A stretch of 56,446 bases of DNA, filler included, from Gonapodya sp. JEL0774 (Eukaryota): assembly GCA_027604505.1 (NCBI GenBank). It is 2 parts of 2 records of this genome, joined end to end, with 100 filler letters (N's around TTAATTAATTAA, not from the genome) between each part and the next. Parts side by side here need not be neighbours in the genome. Positions count along the whole stretch, not along the records: positions 28,360 to 56,446 come from JADIIX010000213.1; 1 more part is not named here. One strand, written 5' to 3'. The notes under the pieces are model-generated. The model was not told where the DNA came from and did no database searches. It was given only the letters and a program-made list of their open reading frames with translations. How positions within the stretch are numbered: position 1 is the first letter of the stretch; each line of letters starts with the position of its first letter. Both the position numbers and the translations under genes were made by a program. Below are positions 47,961 through 56,446 of this stretch, in pieces.

Positions 47961-50900
47961 TTACCCCGAGAGTATTGACTGAAGCCTCCGCGGGTCAACA
48001 AGGCCCTTCGCTAGTTTCACAGGCCCATTGGGCCGAACAGCCAGTCCTGAGAATCCACCACTTGAAGAGCCAGGTCCACTCACTGGACGCCCACCACTAT
48101 TCGAGAAGCCTGAAGACTTCAAAGGTACCGAGCCGAGACCACCGATAAGGGGTGTGGTGAGTTTCCCCACAGACTTCGCTAGTATTGCGGAGGGCTTCAT
48201 GGCAGTCGGAGCAGATTTCGCAACTTCAGTTGCTGTCACCAAGGAATCTGACCTAGGCGGCGCGTTTTCCTGGTGAAACTCATTGATTAGAACAATACGT
48301 GATTAATATAAGAAACATGCAAACAAACCTTTGATGGCCCACTCGAGCTGCGTTTCTTCAGCACCACCCTCCTTTTCTTCTGCTGTTGACCTTCTCCTTC
48401 ATCTACCTTGTCCTCGGATGTCGTTCTCGCACTCGTAACAAGGGACTGGTTGTTGTGATGGGTGAGTGAGGATGCTTCGCCTCCAATTTTTCGCTTGCGG
48501 GATACTTTGGAGGTTTCAGGTTGCTCGAAATTGGAGTCAGAAGATACATGCTTCTTCGGCCTCTCTGCTTTCTTGGGCGCAACTTCCTTTGGCACCTGAT
48601 TTTAAGGAATGCTTTCAGCATTGGACCAACACCACGCATACTTCGATCTCACCTTCGGAGGCCCCGGGTCCGATCCAACTTCAACTCCACCGAGCATATC
48701 AATGTCCATGTCCTCCCCTGGACTCGAAGTGGCATTTTGAATTGGAACTCTGCTCACGACAGGTTCTTCTGCTATGACACTCTCCTCAGCATAGTTCAAG
48801 ATCTTTGTCCGCGGTTTGCGACGACCTTCCGTTGGAAGGAGAACTGGTTCTGGGTAAGCAGATGGCGATTTCTTCTTCGGCTTAAGGACTCCCGGTTGTT
48901 TTACAATGGTTACCGGATCGGAAAGTGTGAGAGGAGACGTGGTAGCGATTTCCGATTTTGCCTTGAATGGAAAAGAAGACAAACCTTACATGTCAGATAG
49001 AAGGGTAACCAGATACTCAAGATTTCGAGTTACGTACCTTTGTTGAGGTGGACAGATGACCTTCATTAGTCACTCTTACTGTGCCAACCGGTGGAGGCGG
49101 CTTGGAGTCCCTCGGCTTATGAAGACAACACGATTGACGAAGAATCGTGAAATCATTAACGATCAGTGGCGGTCTCACCTTTTTTGGCTCCTTGTCCTTC
49201 ACGGCCTTTGTCGGTTTGTGAACAACTGCGTCGGGAGAGAAGTCATCATCGGGATCCTTCAGCCCCTTCCTCACCAATGGAATCTTGGCCTTCTCTGCAG
49301 CTTTCTCTTTGCCTTCCGCCTCATCAGAGGCCTTTGCAACAGGTTCGGGAACCTTCCTCTCTACGTGCTCTTGGTCGTTTACAGAAACGTCCGCCATATC
49401 CCTCCTCACACTCTTCACCTTGTCTCGATCCAGACACGCGCGATCATAAAGTATGCTGGCTTCCATGTTCTCTAGTTCTGCGCGGCGGGACTCTGCGTGG
49501 GCGTTCGCCACGTCCATCGATCTTAGCGATAACTTAGACGTGGCGAGCTTGAGCTATGAATAAATATGTGAATACATGATTGGCGAAACAATCCAGCATA
49601 GATCTTAACTCACCTCAAGTTCTCTCACTCTAGTTTCTAAACGCTGTTTTTCTTCTCGTGCCTTTTCTCGTTCCCTCTTCCTCGCCTCGTTTACTCTTTC
49701 AACCTCCTCCTTGGCGGCCTGTGCTGCAACATCGACCAGCTTCCCTTTGACTTCGTTTTCCCCCTTGAGCTTCATCACATCTCGCTTGGCCGCCTCAACC
49801 TCTGTCAGCTGCTCCTTTATTAATTGAGCGATCCTCTCCTCCAGAAGTCCCTTTTCATCCTCGAGAGACCGTATTGCCTCACTCATTCGCTTCTGCAACT
49901 TGCTTAACTCCTTTTGAGCTGCAGACACCTCCTTATCAGCCGTCTCCTTCTGACGGGCAACAAGCTCGAGTTCCCGAAGCAACGCATCCCGCTCCCGCAT
50001 CATTGCATCCCTTGCTCCAGCTGCGGCATCTCTTTGCATATCAGAGGCTGCCTGCTCTCGTGCGTGCAGTGATTGTTCCATCTCAAGTTCTCGAATCCGC
50101 TCCTGGAGGCGCTTCTGCGCGGTGAATGATCGCTCCAGACGGGCGGTGAGTTGATCAGCTTGTGATTCAATCTCTGTAACTTTTGCACTCAGATTGGCCG
50201 ATGTGTTCACATGATCTTGGTGGGAATCCGTAAGACGTTGGTGTTCAACAATGAAAGCTTCGCGAGTCGCCGCTAGTGCTGACGAAGTACCCTCATGAAC
50301 ATGTCGCAGAGTGTCAAGGGACGAGCTGGCAAGCTCGTATCGCGACTGGAGGGAAATACCTTTTGGGATTGGCAAGGTTTTCGATTCTGGAATGTCTTTT
50401 GACTTCTCCCACCTCCGCATCTTTTGCTTTCATTGCCCATTCTCTTCCTTGCCATCCTTTCATGATCGATCGCCACTTCACGTCAACTGATGCAGGTCAG
50501 AATGTAAACGCTTGTCAGTAGTGCCTCACATATATCGCGTACAATTCGTGTCGGGTAAACTCACTCGTTCGCATCTTCTCCCTTCGTGCTTCTTCTTCTG
50601 CTACAACCAGCTTCACTTGAATACTAACGATCTCCCTTTGCAACGCAAGCGCCTCGATTCGCGCTTTGAGTACCTCCTGTAATGGTCATGGTGAGAGTTC
50701 ACGGGATAAGCAAAATGCTGGGGGAAACATACGTCACCAGCCTCCCACTCTCTCCATCCAGCATTCCGTTTGGCGGCCTCAGATTCTTTTCGAGCCTGAC
50801 TCTTTGCGCGCGCGAGGTCTTGACGGGTGGCTACGAGAGCTTGGTCGGCTGCATTCGAAGCTGCTGTAGCGACGGCAAGCTTGGCCTTGCGAAAATGATA

Positions 50901-52784
50901 GCATCCACGAAAAGTGGTCGCTGTGTTGGGCATGATTCATGATTCGTGGTGTCTAGATAGGTCGCTCACCGTAATTTCCTCTCCTTCCTTCTTCAATCGT
51001 TCACCCAGTGCTCTTAACTGAGCAACACGTGGATCCAGCGGGTTTGGGTCCTGACCAATGCAACTGGTCAGCATTGTATGCTCCACGAAAAAGTGCAGCA
51101 GTACAACTCCTCACTTCACGATTGCGCACTCTGCCGAGCGCCTCACACATCGCAAATGCTATCGTGGCATCAGTTGCATTGTGACACGGACCACTCTGAG
51201 TCCAAGGATGGGGGGGCGAAGTTGGGGCGGTGTCACCATGGAGAGTGAGATTGATGAGATCAGCACGTGGAGTTCTTTCTCGAACCATTCTCTCACATCT
51301 GTCTCACCTCCACATCAACCATTACTACTACTCTCGCATTACCACCAAGATAATCTCCCAAAACTCTTACAACCCTTCCATCAGCTCCTTCCCCGGAGCC
51401 TATCTCGAAGGGGTGTGTCGGACTGGCCGCTGACGTGGTTCGAGCTAGCTGGTCTACGAGGCGGCCTGACGGGATTGATCAGGATTCAACAAAGATTGAG
51501 ATAGCAAATTGAAATCGCCCGAGCTGGGAAGGACTCACGGAGTCCGCCTACTCCTCGGTGCAAGCCAGGGCTATGGGATGAGCTGGTAGAGAATGAAGGC
51601 CGTCCAAGATCAAACTACAGCCAAAATTCATATTAGATTTAAGCGAGGATACTTGATATGCCACAACCAAGGCCTTTAGAAAGCCAGGGCTCACTAGGAG
51701 GAGGTTGCCAGTTGCCACATTGCCGTCGCGATGTGTAATGCGGACAGAGAGAACTGACGGAAGAGCAGTACCTGTTTGTACCACATCAATAATTTCATCC
51801 GCCGTTTCGGCAGTGGTATGAAGGGACTCTAAGCCGCCTTTTGGAAGGTCTATTCAATAGGTGAGTTGGGTTGTAAGAACGACCATTCAAATGCTGAGTG
51901 GACCAGACAAGTGCATTAGACATACCGAGCATAGTACGACCGCTAACGAGATCCACGCATTTGACATCGGTGAGCGCGATGTAACTAAGCAAAACAAATT
52001 AGGTCGGTGTAGGAAGCCGATTTTGCCCCGATGGATTTTAAAGCGCTACACAACACGCACGCAAAGCGAATCTCCAAGTTTGGCTCTCCAGACGATTCGG
52101 CCTTCAGTGTCGCGCATACATGGGACAGCTGTTTGACCACTCTGGAAAGGTGATATGATCTGTCGTAACTTTGTGTCGTCCCCAAGGAAAACGTCACAAG
52201 TGCAGCGTTAAATCCATGACACGCCATATCAGCCAAATCATCGAGTTCTGCTGCAGAGTGGGTTGTATCAGGATTGGCGGCGGAGAGAACGAGGTGGAGT
52301 CCGCGTCGAGCACTGCGAAGGTTGAGGGCCCACGTGATTGGTTTCAACCGGCTCAACAAATAAAAAACAGAGAGAGCACAGATTTTGTCCGTTTCGGAGT
52401 TCCCTGTGATAGTTCGCTACGTTTTGGAAGCGACTGATTCTGGTTTCCAGCGTGGGCTGGCATTTTCTACGTCCACTGAAGCTATTTTGTTCGAATCCAA
52501 ATGTCTTGATTCCTCCCTGTTTAAGATTGCATCCCAGAGGTTCCCATCCTCCGCATCCGACTGCAAGAACCACTACTTCTCCTCCTAAAAGCCATTCAAT
52601 AAGCCACTCACGGTTCCGATGCCCCCGCAGTCCACATTCCCACGGTTCGATCGTCAATTTTCTCTATCCGTAGCTCCGTTTGGTTATCAATTTCTGCCGC
52701 TGCGCTGAAACTGGGGGCCGGTGGGATCGTCGGCGGTTCACGTAGGATCGCCACGACACGAACGGGGGCGTGGGTGACGGGCAT
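47961..52784 (-). CDS. Kinesin-like protein with a degenerate, probably ATPase-dead N-terminal motor, neck, long coiled coil and basic disordered tail; >10 exons
   Basis: Hand-spliced exons give kinesin elements in order: PVRVVAILRE, ACHGFNAALVTF, EIRFAYIALTDVKCVDLV, AETADEIIDVVQTG, GNLLL|FDLGRPS, LHRGVGGLRRLVDQLA, VVRVLGDYLGGNARVVVMVDVE, neck DPRVAQLRALGERLK. Then heptad-rich ORFs (e.g. 49605-50420) and a tail ending LQSILSG*. Confidence 0.7.
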
Positions 52785-53100
52785 CGCAGCGGGGTAAGAA
52801 AGGAGAAGGGCTAGCGGAGAGAATCGGATTCGGAATTGCGGGGTTAAATGGTGGATTTGATTGACGGTGGTCAGACTGAACCGTGCACCATCTAATGTTC
52901 GCCAACACAGCGGAACCACCAGCCAAACTTGAACGACTTATAGTTTTCGCTATTTTATCCGTAGGAGACGTCAAGTGATCGGCTGGGGCAGCACTGGTAA
53001 AATCGCTTCATGAATGTTAGCTCACGATAATATTCTATCACTCGCGTCAATAGTAAACAGTATAGTCTGCGTGGCGCAAAACCCGAATCTTAGGCAGCCG

Positions 53101-55790
53101 TCATACACGCGTGCTAATCAGCGTCGGCACGATCCGTCTTTTCTGCGGTTTTACAGTTGGCAATGATTCCAAATGTGAGGATCCTGACATCGAATCATTC
53201 AACGATGAACTGTACACTAATGTCTGTGCAGAAGCAGTTTCGAGACCTCCTGAAGGCGTATCGGTCGGTGAGACTAAAGCATACTGCCCAAATGTGGAGT
53301 TGGAGCCGGTGTTTTCAACCTCCACTGTTCCCGTCGAGTCAACCACTGGAGTGACCATCTCAGTGATCTCTACAGAGGCAGGACTTGCCTGAGAGATCAA
53401 AAAGACGGCGATATCAGCAAGATATAATTCACTTCAGTTTAAAGCAGCACGCACTTCTTCCATTTCCACATCCCCGTCATCTTTCTTGACCTCCTGCGAC
53501 TCCAGGACTGCTTCTTTTGGTTCTGTTTCCACGCCACAGTTGTCTTTCTTGATTACGTCTTCCAGCCCAACCCACCTCCCTCCTGGCCATTTGCTTCGGT
53601 CAATCACGTCACCCAATTCCCCTGGAGCAAAATCGACTATCGAGCAGTAGCCATCCATGGAAGAAACGACGAGGCAGGTTGCGTCGGGTGCCCTGATTTT
53701 GAAATTGTTTCAACAGCCATCATTCTCATCGGTGAACTCTTCACTCACCACGCGCAATCCGTCAATCCCGCTTCATGCACTCCGCTTACCATCGCAATCG
53801 CCCTAGTTCGCTCCGAATCGTACACAGTGACGCCGTCAAGTGTCGCTACAGCCGAAATTATTCGGTACCCTGGTAAGGCAAGGAAAGGCTTATTGGAACC
53901 AGCGGGGTTGAGAGTGGGGTTGAGTGGAAGTGCGAGAGAACGAAAAGCAACAGAGGCTTTGCGAGGAGTAGAGAGGTGAGCGATGGGGGAACTAGAGCCC
54001 GGCATGGTGCAGAGGTGGCGGAGTCATCGCTTGGAGACGCATGTCACTGCACATTTATGCTCACCCGCTCAAATTACCCCTGCCCCACATCCACGACGTG
54101 TTTTTTGCTTCCTTGTCTGTGGTCTCCTTCTCCTTCCCTTTCCCCTTTACATCTTTCCCCGCCGTCTCATCGTCCTCGGCTCCGTTTCCCACACTCCCCG
54201 ACACACCGATGAGGACACTGCCATCTGGTGTCCAGCCACACCGACGGAAAAATGTGCCAATAGTGTCTGGGAGGAACAGGCGAGGGTGTCGTTTCCGGGG
54301 TTGTGTGGCAGCTGAAACAGCAGGAACAGGCGCGGCGTGGTTGGGGAGGGAAGATTCGGAGGATGTGGAAACTGAAGCAAGGATCGAGATATCTGGTTGT
54401 GAAGAAGCCCGGACGGGTTCTGTAAAAGAGGCCAAAGAGTCCGACGAGGCGGTTGATGTGGCCAACGTGTTGCCGGGGGTTGTCTGTTGCGACGCCAGAG
54501 GTGCCCGCGAGTGCTTCACAAATAGCGTTACGGCGAGTTTTTTTGTGGGCCCGGTATACGTTGTGCGATAGATGATCATGGTACTACATGGTGCGGATTT
54601 GTTCAACGTCTTTGGAAGACGGATGTAAGGCTAAGTTCGATTATAGGACTCACCGATCACTGCCTTGCGATGCTAAATACTCTCCCAGTGGATCCCATGC
54701 CACGCCTTGGACGAAGTGTGTGTGATCGGTGAGTGTATAAAGCGTTTTACCTTCGGTGTGTTAGATTCAGTCACCATTGGCCAGGGAGAGGGGGAAGGCA
54801 TTGATTATGTATCTCGGGACGAACACTCAAGCAAACTACTCACCGTTTTCAACGTTGAAGATCATGACCGTATTATCAATGCAGGCTGCTGCAATGAATC
54901 GACCACAAGGCGACCAGGAAAGGTCGTAAATTTCGGCTCGAGCACCTCTTTATGGGTCGAAGTGCCCCAAAGTCGAAATTCATGCGTTAGAATGTTGATA
55001 CTCGAGGCGATATTGACATCTGCAGGATTGCTGTGTATGTACTAACCGTATAGTTCTGACTGCTTTCCACTCCTCTTCTGCTGCTTCATCGTCATCGTTT
55101 CCCATAAGCCCGCCCGTCACGGCCTTGGAGGATGGGTCTCTGTCACTTGTTGCGCCTTCTGACAGTGCGAATGACGACTGTGTTGGTAGTATTCGGCGCC
55201 AGAGAATGACCGCCCGGTCTATCGAGAAGATCACCTTTCAAGGGCAACTAAGGTAGAATACGCGCATGTGGGCTCACCATCGCCCCCGCTCGCTAGAGTC
55301 TCTCCGTTAGGCGACCATCGGACGGCATTTACTCCTCCAGGCCCGATGTGGAGTCCTAATGTCGCGAGAAATTTGACGGTCGGTGGTTCCGTCGGAGCGG
55401 GTCGGTGAATACGCCAGAGCTACAAGAGAGAGAAGATTTTAGATGTGCTCTCTTGTGTTGGAGAGTATGCCTGATTTTGACGGGGCGCGGGACGTGACTG
55501 ACCCCGCAACCGTTTCTCCCCTTTCTTATCACCTCCCAAGCGAATAACTGACCGATGGATAAGCGTAGGAGCATTCAGCTTTATGAATCGATCATATTTT
55601 CTCACAATCGGGTCCCAGTTCACCTTCTAGGTCTCGAATCAACTAGAGAATACTAGAGCAATGAATCACTCACGCGCACGGTCATATCCCCGCCTGCCGT
55701 TGCCAGACGAGCATCCTCTGTGGGTTGAAAATCACACGAGAATATGGCTTGCCGAGCGTGCCAGTGGATCAAGAGTGGCTTGGCGCGCAT
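53101..55790 (-). CDS. CAC2: Chromatin assembly factor 1 subunit B (p60/CHAF1B), WD40, multi-exon
   Basis: MRAKPLLIHWHARQAIFSCDFQ, RLATAGGD, VRWSPNGETLASGGD, VQGVAWDP, FFRRCGWTPDGS, LTDCAW, SMDGYCS, and the C-terminal B-domain-like KRRIVPTLIS. Confidence 0.9.
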
Positions 55791-56446
55791 AATATGTGCG
55801 GTTGCCAAGTTTGTGTGTTGCTCGATCAACAGCCGTTGCTGCAAGATTAGCGGTACGGGCACTCCCACACGAAGTCATGGAACCAAATTCCGATTCGAGT
55901 TGAATCTACAACGTGAACTGGAAAATGCATCGCATTGGAGGCATGTTAGTGGATCGAAAGGAAGTCTCCATGGAATAGTCACGACAGAAGCCCCTTCTGT
56001 GTAGGTATCACCAACTTTGAGTCGATATAGCCAATATTTGAGGAATTATATATGTCTTGAAGTGTCTCCCATTCTCTCCCCGATACAAGCTCCTCGTTAC
56101 TCAGGGCATCAACTGTAGCGGAATCGGCTTGCACAACGCCGGAAAAAGTCATAATTCTGTAACACATTTGTCTCTCACAGAAGCTCTTTTGAATCAGTCG
56201 TGGCGAGCAACTATATAATATTCGGCAGGAAGGAGCGGTGAGCTGTGGACGTCGTCTCGTGATCCGCTCCTCTGCTCATACCTTTCATATCCTTTGATCC
56301 TCCGATCGGCGCTCTTCCCAGGAGCAAATGCCGATAAATCTCAGCTTACCGTTCGCACGGCGACGGCAAGCGGCCGGAGTCACCCTCCACGGCTCTGCGA
56401 AGCCCACTTCCTCACTTCCACTCGCTTCACATAGTTTCAACTCTGG

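Noticed and set aside
47961..50933. Stand-alone myosin/SMC-like coiled-coil gene
   Set aside because: Upstream exons continue via splice sites into a neck and kinesin-like domain, and no SMC Walker motifs were seen.
53101..55790. HIRA/Hir1 assignment
   Set aside because: The N-terminal PLLIHWH, the FFRR motif, the terminal KRRIVP motif and the lack of a Hira C-terminal domain fit Cac2 better.
55979..56446. Possible terminal exons of a minus-strand gene entering from the right
   Set aside because: Too short and without a recognisable motif, so no call is supportable.

Overview
This is intron-rich (GT-AG) eukaryotic genomic DNA with a fungal gene set. My inference, from gene content and an expanded ankyrin-like family, is an early-diverging zoosporic fungus, possibly Gonapodya-like. 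A 100-nt artificial linker (N44-TTAATTAATTAA-N44, 28260-28359) joins two contigs. Housekeeping genes: a MidA/NDUFAF7-family methyltransferase (partial), a 12-kb BEACH-WD40 gene, ERG6, a TM-RING-H2 ligase, a possible Shr3-like membrane protein, proteasome beta-7 (PRE4) and CAF-1 p60 (CAC2). Main points of interest: (1) An uncharacterised ~220-260 aa ankyrin-derived, Trp-rich N-terminal module occurs three times with different outputs: SH3-UBA-RING E3 (hand-spliced, missed by the ORF track), a non-RD TKL kinase, and coiled-coil+SH3 (pseudogene). (2) A multi-exon kinesin-fold gene keeps the motor scaffold but has lost the P-loop, switch I and switch II motifs. (3) A ~11-kb CpG-depleted domain covers a Gag-like relic and the 3' two-thirds of the BEACH gene. 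(4) A ~32-42 kb island carries duplications and premature-stop pseudogenes. All domain calls were made by eye; no searches were run.
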